Below, in pieces: positions 19,855-30,554 of a DNA stretch of 64,000 bases (the stretch's first letter is position 1; the number at the start of each line of letters is the position of its first letter). The stretch comes from an uncultured delta proteobacterium (lineage in GTDB: Bacteria > Myxococcota > Kuafuiibacteriia > Kuafuiibacteriales > Kuafuiibacteriaceae). The stretch is from contig CAWDML010000001.1 of the NCBI GenBank assembly GCA_963803435.1, forward strand, positions 1,504,001 to 1,568,000. Direction: 5' to 3'. The translations under genes were made by a program, and so were the position numbers. The notes under the pieces were generated by a model. That model ran no database searches, was not told the DNA's origin, and worked only from the letters and a program-made list of their open reading frames with translations.

Positions 19855-19910
19855 GGGTGGCGTATCGGTACGCGAGCCGGCCAGGACGAGCCAGCGCGAT
19901 CTGGGCTCCC

Positions 19911-21961
19911 TCAGCGCACCTCGAACGTGGCCTGGGCCGGCCGATCTCGGGAGGACCCCCCGACCTCGACGGTGTACCCAATCCGCTCGACCGCCCAGGC
20001 GCGGGCGTCCGTATCGAAGTAGGCGAGGGCCTGGACCGGCACCGCGAACGACACCGTCCGGGTCTCACCAGCGGCGAGGGCCACCGGCTCGAACGCCTTC
20101 AGCTCCCGGGGCGGGCAATCGACGCTCGAATCCCGGATAGCCGACGTAGAGCTCGACGACCTCGATGCCATCGCGGTCACCGTCGTTCGTCACCTCGACC
20201 GCGGCCGCCAGGGTGTCGCCGGGCCCGAGCGTGCTCGCTTCGAGCGAGACGGCGCCATAGCGAAAGTGCGTGTAGCTGAGGCCGAAGCCGAACGGGAAGA
20301 GCGGCTCGATCGCCGCCCGATCGACGTGCCGGTAGCCGTGATAGTAGCCGTACGTCACCTCGTCGGCGTCGCTGACGAACTCGGGGAGCTGGGCCGCGTC
20401 CCTCGGGAAGGTGATCGGCAGCTTGCCCGAGGGGTTGACGTCACCGAAGAGGATCTCGCCGATCGCAGCGCCGCCCTCCGAGCCGGGATACCAGGCCATC
20501 AACACCCCCGCGACCCGATCGATCCACGGATCCATCGTCAGCGCGCTGCCGCCTTCGAGCACCACGATGGTGCGAGCGTTGGCTGCGGCCACCGCTTCGA
20601 CCAGCCGCACGTGTGCGGCCGAGAGCCCGAGCTCGGCCCGATCGCCGCCGCCGATGAGGACGTTCTCGCCTTCGTCGGCGGCGGTCAGCCCCACCACCAC
20701 GATCGCCGCGTCCGCGGCCCGGATCAGCGCCTCGTCGTCCGCCGCCAGGGTCGAGCCTCCGACCCGGTCGACGCGGGCACCGCTGGCCGCCCGCTCGATG
20801 CCCTCGAGCGGCGAGATCGCGCGGGAGGGCGTGACCGCGCTGCTCCCCAGGTCGCCGAGGTTCGCCACCTTCGCGAGATCGCCCACCACCACGACGGATC
20901 CGATCGCGCTCCTGTCGAGCGGTAGCACGCCGCCCTCGTTCTTCAACAGGACGATGGAGCGCCGCGCCACCTCGCGCGCCAGCGCCAGGTGCGCCTCGCT
21001 CTCCACCACGCCGGGATCGGGCGCCGCCGGGCGATCGAGCCCGAAGGCGAGCTTCTTCCTGAGGATGCGCCGGACCGACGCGTCGATGGTCCGCATCTTC
21101 ACGTTTCCGGTCCGGACGGCCTCGCGGAGATCTTCGCCGAAGTACGAGCCCACCGGCATCTCGATGTCGAGCCCGGCGTTCGCCGCCGGCGCCGCGCTGT
21201 GGGTGCCGAAGACCCAGTCCGACTCGACGAAGCCGTCGAAGCCCCAGTCGTCCTCGAGGAGATCGTGGAGAAGGTGTGCGTTCTCGCTGCAGTAAGCGCC
21301 GTTGACCTTGTTGTACGCGCTCATCACCGAGCCGACGTGCGCCTCCTTCACCACGCGCTCGAACGCCGGCAGATACAATCTCGCGGAGCGTGCGCTCGTC
21401 CATCGTGACGTTCACGGTGAAGCGGCTGTCCTCGATGCTGTTGGCCGCGAAGTGCTTCGCGCTCGCGATCACCTGCGTCTGCGCGCCTTCGACGAACGCC
21501 GCGCCCATGCGCCCGAGGTGGAGCGGATCCTCGCCGTACGTCTCCTGGGCCCGGCCCCAGGCCGGGTGGCGCAGGACGTTGATCACCGGCGCCAGGATCA
21601 CGTTGGCGCCCTTGGCCCTCGCCTCCTCACCGATCGCCACCCCGACGCGGCGCTCCAGCTCCGGATCCCAGGTCGCGCCGCGGGCCATGCCGACCGGGAA
21701 CGCGGTGGCGTGGCCGGCACGGACGCCGCGCGGGCCGTCGACCATCTTGAAGGCCGGTATGCCGAGCCTCTCGTTGCCGCCGGCGTAGAAGGAATCGTCG
21801 ATGGCGCCGAGCTGGAGGCCGGCCTTCTCCTTCACCTTCTCCTCCAGGCTCATCTGCCCGAGGAGCGCCTCGACCCTGGCCTCGACCTCGTCCATCGGCC
21901 CGTCCTTCCCGCCCCCGCAGGAAGCGAGCAGCCACATCACTCCGGCGACCCGTAAGCGCAC
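19911..21961 (-). CDS. GH3 beta-glucosidase lipoprotein with C-terminal Fn3-like domain; two apparent +1 frameshifts
   Basis: DGPRGVR, GRAQETYGEDP, KHFAANS, ERTLREI|YLPAF (extra base near 21377), ESDW nucleophile, PFGFGLSY, YPG|SSVDCPPRELKAF (extra base near 20130). Confidence 0.88.
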
Positions 21962-22006
21962 GGCCGACAGTCATCGACTCTCACCGCGGCTGTCAAACGC
22001 GCGCGG

Positions 22007-25000
22007 CTAGCCGCAGTCACCCGACGGCGGCAACACCACCTCCACCAGCCGGCCCAGCGCGTCGTAGCGATAGGTGGTGCGATTCCCGAGCGCGTCGCGG
22101 CGCTCGACGATCATCCCGGCGCCGTCCTCGAGCACGGTTCCGCGGACCTCGCCGTTCTCGTACAACGTCCTCGCCAGGAGCCCGTTCTCCACGGTGAGCT
22201 CGGTGACCGCGCTCCGCGTCACGCCGGCTTGCACCAGCGATCGCTCGTCGAGGGGCGCCCCGAAGGCGGTCATCGCCGAGGTGGTGAGGAGCGTCTTCGG
22301 TCCGCCGAACAGCTCGAAGAGCGTCTGATCCTCCGGAGCGCCCGTGATCGGGGCGCGCCAGTAGACCTCGCGGACACCGCGGAGACGGCTGATCGCGGTC
22401 AGCCCGGAGATCGTCCAGCCCTCGGGGATGCGCATGGCCTTCCCCAGCGTCTCGCCGTCGGCCGCGAAGAGCTCGACGTCGTCGCGCGCGCTCCCCGAAG
22501 CGGGGTCGATCGACGTCGTCATCTCGATCGATCCGGGACGGTCCTCGGTCGCGTAGTGATACGCGAACTGCACGATCGGATCGAGCTCGCTCGCGCCGCC
22601 GGCGTCGTCCCAGCGCCGCTCGAGCCGCTCCTGTCCGTCGTACCTGAACGACTCGAGCCAGGTCTGGGCCCCGCGCAGCGTCTCGAGCTCCAGGACCGCG
22701 TCGGTCAGCGCGTCCGACGCGCTCACCCGCGTGATCACGCCGTCGGGCATGGTCACGTCGAGCAGGCGGCCGGTCGCCGGGTCGTAGTTGATCGCGGTGG
22801 TGCCGCGGCCCGGATGGCTCACGGAGGCGACCCGATGTTGCGCGTCGTAACCGACCTCCTGCATCAGGATCGGATCGCTGCCGGCGCCCATGTTGGTGAT
22901 GCTCGTGATCTGGCCGAGCGTGTTGCGCTCCAGCTCGAGCACGTGGACGAAGTCGAGCTCGGGGTGACCCGGGTGCTGGCCCTCGACCCGCTCGTGCCCG
23001 TGCAGGCAGTGGAGATCGGGATCGAGGCCCGCCACGTCCGAGAGCACGAGCGTGCGCAAGAGCGTACCGTGACGCGAGGTGGTGCGCGTCTCCGTCGCAC
23101 AGCGGCCGCGCTCGTACGCCAGGTATTCCGTGGTCTTCGCGGTGACGGTCCCCAGGTCGCCCATCCATCCGTCGGTCTCGGTCGCGGCGCGCACCAGCCG
23201 GACGCCGGCGAAGCTCCCCTCCTCCAGCGTGCGCTCGGTCGTCTGGGCCAGCCCGGGGACCCGCGCGTCCACGAGGCGCGTCCCGGTGACCGCACCCGAG
23301 ATGTCGTCGTCGTTGAACATCTCGACCTCCTCCACCGACTGGGGCGCGTCCTTGCGGACCCGGCCGAAGCCCACCAGGAACTGGGCGGCGCTGTGGAAGA
23401 ACGGCTCGTCGTAGTCGTAGCGGTACGAGATGGTGTCGTAGCCGGCGTTGTGCATGGTGAGAGAGGAGAGCAAGGACGGGCGCCGATCGATCCCGGGCGT
23501 GGCCGGCGCACGCTCGTACGCGAACTCGATCCGGCTGCCCTTGCCGTCGTCCGCCTCGCGCATGAGCCCTGCCTCGGGCGCCGTCAGCGTCAGCGCGAAC
23601 GCGTGGGTGCCCTGCACCAGCACCGCCTGCTCCTCACCGTGACCCTCGAGATCGGCCGCCACCGGATAGCCGAAGGCCCATCCGATCGAGGTGAATCCGG
23701 GCACCGCGGCCTGGCGGAAGTGATCGCCGCGGTTGGTGAACAGATAGAGGCTCGAGCCCTGGGAGAGGAGGACGTCCATCAGGCCGTTCATGTCGACGTC
23801 GGTGAACGTCAGCTGGAAGCTGTTGAGGTTGGTCAGCTGGTTGTTGGTCGAGGTCACGAAGCTGAACAGCTGCCCTGCGCTGAGATTCTCGAACCTCCCC
23901 GTGCCGGACCAGATCACCAGCCCGGTCGGATACCGCGAGACGATGTCCGCGATCCCGTCGCCGTTCATGTCGTTGATCCATGTCGTCGAGGGGTTGAACG
24001 CCGGCGCCAGGGGGCGCGCGGGCCGCCGCACGAAGGAGAAGGTGGTCTCGGTGCTGGTGTTCTCGAGCACCTCGTAGCCGCCTCGAAACACGCGGATGAT
24101 GTCGGGCTTGAGGTCGCGATTCAGATCCACCAGCCGGGTGTTCGCGCCCAGATGGAACTGCCCGCTGATGGTCGCGAGATAGAGCGCGTGGCCAGCGCGA
24201 TCGCAGATCAGGAGCGAGGTGTTCGCGCCCACCGCGCGCGTCACCACCACCTGCGGCTCGGTGCCGCCGGGCCGCATCCGCGCCAGCAGGCGAGGGGCGT
24301 TGCTCGAGGACGGCGGCGGGCGACAGAGCGGGTTCTCGGTGCCGTCCGGCGGCGGCAGCGGCTCCTCGATCCAGCCGGTCTCGGTCTGACGGAGGAGCGC
24401 GCCGTCGTAGGGGCGCTCGAGCTCGATCCGACCGTCTCGATCGCCGTCGAGGATCGAGACGCGGTCGGGCTGGATGGCATCGCCGCCGTTCGCGGCCAGG
24501 TACGTGTCGAGCTCCGGGATCGGCGTCAGCGCGGCGGCTCCGAGCTGCTCCTCGGCGAGGACCCACTGATAGGTGACCGGAGGATCGGACTCTCCCGAGT
24601 GGTAGGTCTTCGTGATCGCCGAGAGATAGTAGGCCGGTCCGGTGGGGCTCTCGAGATACTCGAGCGTGTAGGTCCAGCGCGGCTGGTAGCGCGCCTCATC
24701 GTGGAGCCACGCGGAGATCGTCACGTGATCCGCGCGGCGGTCGAGCTGCATCGGATAGTTCGAGCGGTAGTCGGTGAACGGCTTCGGCAGCGCCGTATAG
24801 CTCACGTCCACCCGATACTCGGGGAAGCCGGCCCGGCCGCCGTACTCGGCGCGCGCCAGGAACGGCCGCCCGGAGGCGTTCCTCTGCCAGGTCAGCACGG
24901 TGCGCTCCCCGAAGGTGTTCTCCACCCGGCTCATCATCCAGCGGTAGGTCCCCGAGCCGTTGGTGACGGCGTCGGCGGCCTCGAAGAGGTAGCGGGTGCC

Positions 25001-25471
25001 CTCGGCGTTCGTCGCCTCCCAGCCCCCGCCGACCGGCTGGAGTCGCACCGGCGCGTTGTAGCCCACCGGATAGTAGGCGCCGTCGGTGCCCAGCTCGAGG
25101 CGACCCCACGGCGACTGGAGCTCGTCGGCGACGTAGTCGATGTCACCGAGCACCCGAAAGCGCGTGATGGACAGACCGATCGAGAAGCCCATGCCCCACT
25201 CGGAGAGCCCGTTCTCCGGCGAGTACCTGGGGATGATGTCCGCCATCGGCGCCCCGCGCTCGCTCGGATACACGATCGCGGCCGGTAGGCTGAACGTGCC
25301 GCGGGCCAGCTCGGCGGGACCGAAGCTGAGCCGTGACAGCGACCCTGCCACCGAGCCCCGCTGGGGGCGTTCGAGTGTGGGCGCCTGCACCAGGCTGTCC
25401 TTGAAGGCCTGCCCGAAGGCGGTGCCAGCACCGGTGAAGAAGATCGTCGAGGCGACAAGTAGCGTTCTCAT
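22007..25471 (-). CDS. TcB-like toxin shell protein: signal peptide, SpvB-like N-terminus, FG-GAP/VCBS repeats, YD repeats; no RHS core or tip
   Basis: RYSPENGLSEWGMGFS (SpvB-like), DLNRDLKPDI / DMNGDGIADI / DVDMNGLMDV repeats, FLVGFGRV (TcdB mid-N-like), ends RRDALGNRTTYRYDALGRLVEVVLPPSGDCG. Confidence 0.82.
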   Translation of the reverse strand: MRTLLVASTIFFTGAGTAFGQAFKDSLVQAPTLERPQRGSVAGSLSRLSFGPAELARGTFSLPAAIVYPSERGAPMADIIPRYSPENGLSEWGMGFSIGLSITRFRVLGDIDYVADELQSPWGRLELGTDGAYYPVGYNAPVRLQPVGGGWEATNAEGTRYLFEAADAVTNGSGTYRWMMSRVENTFGERTVLTWQRNASGRPFLARAEYGGRAGFPEYRVDVSYTALPKPFTDYRSNYPMQLDRRADHVTISAWLHDEARYQPRWTYTLEYLESPTGPAYYLSAITKTYHSGESDPPVTYQWVLAEEQLGAAALTPIPELDTYLAANGGDAIQPDRVSILDGDRDGRIELERPYDGALLRQTETGWIEEPLPPPDGTENPLCRPPPSSSNAPRLLARMRPGGTEPQVVVTRAVGANTSLLICDRAGHALYLATISGQFHLGANTRLVDLNRDLKPDIIRVFRGGYEVLENTSTETTFSFVRRPARPLAPAFNPSTTWINDMNGDGIADIVSRYPTGLVIWSGTGRFENLSAGQLFSFVTSTNNQLTNLNSFQLTFTDVDMNGLMDVLLSQGSSLYLFTNRGDHFRQAAVPGFTSIGWAFGYPVAADLEGHGEEQAVLVQGTHAFALTLTAPEAGLMREADDGKGSRIEFAYERAPATPGIDRRPSLLSSLTMHNAGYDTISYRYDYDEPFFHSAAQFLVGFGRVRKDAPQSVEEVEMFNDDDISGAVTGTRLVDARVPGLAQTTERTLEEGSFAGVRLVRAATETDGWMGDLGTVTAKTTEYLAYERGRCATETRTTSRHGTLLRTLVLSDVAGLDPDLHCLHGHERVEGQHPGHPELDFVHVLELERNTLGQITSITNMGAGSDPILMQEVGYDAQHRVASVSHPGRGTTAINYDPATGRLLDVTMPDGVITRVSASDALTDAVLELETLRGAQTWLESFRYDGQERLERRWDDAGGASELDPIVQFAYHYATEDRPGSIEMTTSIDPASGSARDDVELFAADGETLGKAMRIPEGWTISGLTAISRLRGVREVYWRAPITGAPEDQTLFELFGGPKTLLTTSAMTAFGAPLDERSLVQAGVTRSAVTELTVENGLLARTLYENGEVRGTVLEDGAGMIVERRDALGNRTTYRYDALGRLVEVVLPPSGDCG

Positions 25472-25487
25472 GTGACTGTCCTTTTCT

Positions 25488-28400
25488 TCACGGCCGGCAG
25501 ACGTCGACGCCCTGCATGGGAGCTCCGACGCCGCGGGAGTCGAGCTCCATCACCAACATCACCTCGGTGGCGACGAACGTCTCCTCGCCGGTGAAGGGGT
25601 CGAGCTGGCGGAAGCCGTCCTCGTTCCCCGGCTGGGCCCGCAGCTGAGCCAGCGCTGCGAAGTTCACGTCGAAGTGCGTGAACGGGGAGAGACCGACCAG
25701 ACGTTCCGGTCGCGGCAGGTTGTGGAAGAGCTCGAGCGCCTCGTCCGGCTCACCGTGGATGATCGGGATCGAGAGGCTCTGCCCCAGCCCGTCGTCGAGG
25801 AAGTAGGTCGTGTTGCCGGCGGCCCGCACGAAGACGTCGGCCTCTGCGGCCGAGCCGGGCAGCCAGCGGCCTCGAGTGTTGAGGTCCTCGTTGTTGGTCT
25901 GGTTGGGGCGCGCCACGAAGATCGCCATGCGGTGGATGACGGGCACCGACTCGCCGCAGCCGAGCACGCCGTCGCCGCCGAGCGCGGAGTAGACGTCGTT
26001 GGCGTCGATGGTGAAGGTCCCCATGCCGTCGGCCTCGATCGCCTGCCATACCGACTCGGCGCGGACCGGGTCGGCCTTGCGCCAGGGCGAGGCGGGGTCG
26101 AAGGGCCCCGGCACGAAGTCGGGGCGGACGAAGCTGACCGCGACCACCGGCCGCTGCTGCCACTCCTGATAGCCGAGGTCGGCGACCTGGTACGAGAGCA
26201 GCGCGTCGTCGATCACCGACTGGACGTCCGACACCAGGTCAATCAACCGCGTCTCGACGTTCGCGTGCAGCAGGTGGCCGATCGAGATGTCCGCGTTCAT
26301 CGCGAGCAGCGCGTCGGGGTACCAGAGGTCCATGATGGGATAGAGATAGTCGAGGCTGACGTCCACCAGCCGGTTGGACTTCGCGCGCAGCCGATCGCCG
26401 TCCAGGTTGCGAACCGCCATCGAGGGCAGGATCTGGGCGAGGCGCGAGTCGATGCCCAGGTTCTCGAGGTCGTCGTCCATCGCCTGCAGCTCGAGGGCGA
26501 TGCCGTCCATGCGCCGCTCGATCGAGCGGATCTGGACCGCCCGCTCGAGCCGCACCAGCTCGGAGTCGAGGAAGGCGTTGAACAGCCCCACCAGCGGGCT
26601 GGGCAGCGACGCGTACGGGACCCCGGAGGCGATCTCCACGTTGTTGATCGCCTCGCTGCGGATCTGGCTCGACTGCGAGGGCAGCACGGTGCCCTGGGAC
26701 GCCAGCTCGGGGATGCGCAGCCGCAGGCCGGCGAGCTCGGTGCCCATGGTGGTGACGACCGCCTCCGAGAGGGCGGTGGCGCTGATCAACCGCTGGGCGG
26801 TCACCGTGAGCCGGTTGGTGTCGTCGAGGGCTGCGCACGTGCCCAGATCGTTGACCACCAGGTGCACGTCGGCCTGCTCCGGGATCATGATCGCGGTGCC
26901 GCCTTCACGAACCACGTAGACATCGAGCGCGTGGCTGACGCTGAGGTCGCCCGTGGGCAGCACCACCGCGAGCAATGCACCTGCCGGATAGCGCGGGAAG
27001 GGTGTGTTGGGGAGCCGGAGCCCTCCGCTGAAGCTCGCCGAGGTCTGGACACCGCCGCCGTCGCTATCGGTGTCGCTGGTGGTCTCCGAGTAGGACCAGG
27101 TCTGTCCCGCGAAGCCGCACGCGCTGGCCGAGAGGCCGATCTCGAGCGGATCGGTGAGGAAGCCGAACTTCGCGTTGGCGCACACCTCCGCCTTCCAGCC
27201 GTAGCTCCGCGAGTACTCGTCGGCCTCGGTATAGCTGTGCGAGTGCGTCTCGTAGTGGTTGTTCACGTAGCTGACCGTGAAGCCCTCCGGTCCGGTCTCG
27301 GGCTGGGTCAGCGCGACCGGCGCTGCAGTGCCCGTGTTCGGGTCGAAGATCCTGACCCCGCGGATCGAGCAGGTCGGTGACCAGCGCCCAGTCGTGCGCA
27401 CCGAGAGGATCTGACCCGGCTCCAGGCCGATGAACGCATGCGCCGAGACCTGGTCGATCGTCGACAGCTGCTGCGTCCAGAGCGCGTCGGCGCCCGAGAG
27501 CTCGAAGAGCTCCGAGTCCGGCAGCGAGATGTACTGCGCGCCGTCGATCGCGGCTTCGACGTCCTCGAGGGCATAGACGATGTTGGCGAAGCGCGCCTCC
27601 TCCCTGGCCGCGTTCTGCATCAGGCCCGCCAGATCGGACTGGAGGTCGTCGATCTCGGCGGCGCGCTGGCGCTTCTGGTCGTCGATGCGATCGAGGGCGG
27701 CCTGCGTCCCCGCCTGGGCGATCACACCGCCCACCACCGTCGCCAGATCGGCGCGGTAGTCCGAGATCTCGTCGTCGAGATCGTTCGCAGCCGACTGCAT
27801 GAACGAGATGACGTTGCTCCGGATCTTCTGGTCGAGCCCGGCATGGAGCGTGTTGCGCCGGTTCGGATCGAGGAAGCCGGTCGCCAGGTACGACGCCCGC
27901 CGCTCCTCGGCCTCGCTCACGTTGGCGAGCAGCGTCAGGTCGAACGGCGAGCCCGCTTCGAGGGCGCTGGTGAGGTGGGTCTGCTGGCTCGCGATCTGGG
28001 CGAACACGGCGCGCCAGCCGCTGGCAGTGCCGGCCGAGGCCACCACACCGGCGAGCCGATCGTGGTCGGGGAGCGCCGCCAGGAGGGCCCACAGGGTCGA
28101 GATCTCGGTCTCGACCGGACCCGCGCCGCTGAAGCGCCGGGCGAAGTCGTGGAAGAGCGAGAGATCGCGAAGGCGTGTCACCAGGCCGCGCGTGCCGTCG
28201 CCCGCGAGCGCGAGCAGCGCATCACCCGAAAGGACCGGCGTGTTGAGCACCGTGGTCTCCGGCATCACGACCGTGCCCTCGACCGAGATCGCAGGAAGCG
28301 AGGTCACGTACGTGAACGCCGCGGTGAGAACCGCGCGGTCGACCTCGAGGGCTCGCGAAGAGCTCGTCAACAGCGCCGTGTCGAGATCGGTCGCGGTCAA

Positions 28401-30395
28401 GAGATCGTCGGTCGTGCCCCCACCGTCGTAGGCGTAGCGCCAGAAGCGCCCGAGGATGCGTCCGAGGGCCGGGCGTGCCGCGGTGCTGGTGCCGCTGAGC
28501 GCGAGCTCGGCCGAGGAGGCAACGCCGTACCAGCGGTCGACCGTGTAGAGGGCGCGCGGCAGACTCGCAAACGGGCTGGTGTCATCGGCCAGCGCGCCCA
28601 TGGCGTTGGTCATCACGTCCTCCGCGGAGATCACGGCGCCGCGCGCCGCCTGATCGCTGGTGCACGAGGCCTCCACGGTGGGGTCGAGCCCCAGCGCGAA
28701 GCCGATGGGGCTCAGGCAGCTCTCGAGCTCCACGTAGGCGACGGCCGGAGGTACGTGCGGCAGGGCCAGGCGCTGGCACCGGCGAGACTCGCGGGAGAGG
28801 ACCTCGTTCGGCTGGCCCTTCGGCGTCGCAGCCACCAGCACGCGGAGCTCGTCGATGGTGTACCACTCGGACAGGGCGACGGTGAGCGTGCGGCGATCCG
28901 CGGAGATCGTGACCGTGTCCTCCGAGGTGAGGCCGCGCGTGGTGAGGCCGGTCGGATACGCGGTGGCCGGCGAGCCCAGGCTGGCGTCGGTCTGCGACAG
29001 CCGAGCGTCGGTGGTAATCACGCCGAGGATATCGGTGTCGAACGTGATGGAGCCGCTCACGGCGGCGGCGATGAACGAGGTTTGCATGTGGAGCAGGTAG
29101 ACGTCGGCGACGGTGGCAGCGGGGATGGCGCCTCCGGGATACGAGCTCGTGTACGTTCCCGGCGCGACGGCATCGACGGCGATCGGGGTGGCCAGGCTCT
29201 CCGAGGCCCGCTCGCGGAACGCGCGGATCTCGAGGTTGCTGAGGAGCGCACCTTCTTCGACCGACCGCGGCGTCAGGCTCTCGACCACCCCGCCGGAGAA
29301 CACGGGGCGCTTTCCCGGACAGGTGTCGGGCGGTAGAAGCGCCGAGACCGGCGCGCAGGCCGGCTCGACCGCGCTGCCGTCGTAGAGCGAGCGGAGCGCA
29401 GCACGATCATCGGGGTTGAGGGCGTCGGCGCGGAGCTCGTAGAGCAGCATCGCCCTGCGCAGCAAGCGTTCGCGGATCTCCGGATCGCTGCTCTTCTCGT
29501 TGAGTGGACCGGCGAGGCGGCCGCGGATGCAGGCCAGCTTGGCGCGCGCCTCGGCCGCGGTGCCGATCGGGAGCGGATCGCACGAGGTACAGGCGGGCGC
29601 AGGCGAAGGCGCCAGGCCAGGCTCCGAGGTCACCAGCTCGGCGGCGGTCAGACCGGGGGCCGAGTAGAGCCGCGACCAGTAGATCCCGCAGGAGGGGCCC
29701 GCGAAGGTGCAGCGCGGATATCCGTACGCCGTGCAGGGCGCCGTGGTGGGGCACACGTTGGCGCCGTCGACGCTGGACCTGCCGAGCTTCTTGTCCGGCA
29801 CGTGCAACACGACCGTGCATCGCCCGTGGTAGTTTCCGGCGGTGCCCGTGATGGAGAGGGTGACGCTCGCGATCACCAGCTGGCTCTCGTCGGCCGGGCG
29901 CAGGCCCTGAGCGCGCAGCTGATTGAGCACGGCGGTCCGTCGTGTCGACGCCTCCGAGTTGCAGTGCGCCTCGGCGTAGTCGTAGTCCGCGATCCGTGTG
30001 GGCTTGCCGCAGTGCAGCCTGCCTTGCGAGTCGGTCGTGCAGACCGGCGGCTCGGACAAGGTGGGGACGGAGAACCCGGGCGAGGCCGGGACCACCGCGG
30101 TGTCGGCGTGGTAGCCCTGGACGCCGAACGAGAAGTCCTGGCACTGGCGCTCGATGCACTGATCCTGGGCACCGCACTCGGGCGCCCGCATCGAACAGGT
30201 GTTGTAGCGGCTGTACTCCCAAGGACCCTCGCAGGCAGTGGTCTGGCTGGCGGGATCGCTCCAGGCCAGCATCGACGCGTCGCAGGTGTCGGGAGCGGCG
30301 ACGACCGAGTCCTCGACCGTGGTCTCGTCCGGTCGAGCCTCGCCGCCGCACGCCGCGAGAGAGAAACAGAGGGGCAGGGACCAAGCGCGTTTCAT
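25488..30395 (-). CDS. ~1635-aa lipoprotein; candidate translocation (TcA-analogous) subunit
   Basis: Lipobox FSLAAC; Cys-rich N-terminus; two coiled-coil stretches; Ser/Thr-rich hairpin; 16 nt upstream of the TcB-like gene. The ORF is solid; the function is inferred. Confidence 0.7.
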   Translation of the reverse strand: MKRAWSLPLCFSLAACGGEARPDETTVEDSVVAAPDTCDASMLAWSDPASQTTACEGPWEYSRYNTCSMRAPECGAQDQCIERQCQDFSFGVQGYHADTAVVPASPGFSVPTLSEPPVCTTDSQGRLHCGKPTRIADYDYAEAHCNSEASTRRTAVLNQLRAQGLRPADESQLVIASVTLSITGTAGNYHGRCTVVLHVPDKKLGRSSVDGANVCPTTAPCTAYGYPRCTFAGPSCGIYWSRLYSAPGLTAAELVTSEPGLAPSPAPACTSCDPLPIGTAAEARAKLACIRGRLAGPLNEKSSDPEIRERLLRRAMLLYELRADALNPDDRAALRSLYDGSAVEPACAPVSALLPPDTCPGKRPVFSGGVVESLTPRSVEEGALLSNLEIRAFRERASESLATPIAVDAVAPGTYTSSYPGGAIPAATVADVYLLHMQTSFIAAAVSGSITFDTDILGVITTDARLSQTDASLGSPATAYPTGLTTRGLTSEDTVTISADRRTLTVALSEWYTIDELRVLVAATPKGQPNEVLSRESRRCQRLALPHVPPAVAYVELESCLSPIGFALGLDPTVEASCTSDQAARGAVISAEDVMTNAMGALADDTSPFASLPRALYTVDRWYGVASSAELALSGTSTAARPALGRILGRFWRYAYDGGGTTDDLLTATDLDTALLTSSSRALEVDRAVLTAAFTYVTSLPAISVEGTVVMPETTVLNTPVLSGDALLALAGDGTRGLVTRLRDLSLFHDFARRFSGAGPVETEISTLWALLAALPDHDRLAGVVASAGTASGWRAVFAQIASQQTHLTSALEAGSPFDLTLLANVSEAEERRASYLATGFLDPNRRNTLHAGLDQKIRSNVISFMQSAANDLDDEISDYRADLATVVGGVIAQAGTQAALDRIDDQKRQRAAEIDDLQSDLAGLMQNAAREEARFANIVYALEDVEAAIDGAQYISLPDSELFELSGADALWTQQLSTIDQVSAHAFIGLEPGQILSVRTTGRWSPTCSIRGVRIFDPNTGTAAPVALTQPETGPEGFTVSYVNNHYETHSHSYTEADEYSRSYGWKAEVCANAKFGFLTDPLEIGLSASACGFAGQTWSYSETTSDTDSDGGGVQTSASFSGGLRLPNTPFPRYPAGALLAVVLPTGDLSVSHALDVYVVREGGTAIMIPEQADVHLVVNDLGTCAALDDTNRLTVTAQRLISATALSEAVVTTMGTELAGLRLRIPELASQGTVLPSQSSQIRSEAINNVEIASGVPYASLPSPLVGLFNAFLDSELVRLERAVQIRSIERRMDGIALELQAMDDDLENLGIDSRLAQILPSMAVRNLDGDRLRAKSNRLVDVSLDYLYPIMDLWYPDALLAMNADISIGHLLHANVETRLIDLVSDVQSVIDDALLSYQVADLGYQEWQQRPVVAVSFVRPDFVPGPFDPASPWRKADPVRAESVWQAIEADGMGTFTIDANDVYSALGGDGVLGCGESVPVIHRMAIFVARPNQTNNEDLNTRGRWLPGSAAEADVFVRAAGNTTYFLDDGLGQSLSIPIIHGEPDEALELFHNLPRPERLVGLSPFTHFDVNFAALAQLRAQPGNEDGFRQLDPFTGEETFVATEVMLVMELDSRGVGAPMQGVDVCRP

Positions 30396-30449
30396 CGGGC
30401 GCGGCGAGAGCAATCGTCGTGCCGCCGCCCGCCTTCAGCTCGAGCCGTC

Positions 30450-30492
30450 CCGATGACACGCGTCCTCCGTGACACACCGGCCGATGACACGC
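30450..30492. promoter_or_regulatory. direct repeats in the divergent promoter (CCGATGACACGC twice, TGACAC three times)
   Basis: Identical 12-mers at 30450-30461 and 30481-30492; a third TGACAC at 30470-30475. Confidence 0.6.
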
Positions 30493-30554
30493 CGCCTTTG
30501 GTGGACCGCGCTGCGGGGCCCGATCGGCACGCTTCGTGATCACGGCTCGGCCGC

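Noticed and set aside
21991-21996. TTGACA -35 box upstream of the GH3 gene (minus strand)
   Set aside because: No convincing -10 hexamer at 16-18 bp spacing
30450-30492. Mini CRISPR array
   Set aside because: Repeats are only 12 bp with a 19-bp gap, and there are no cas genes
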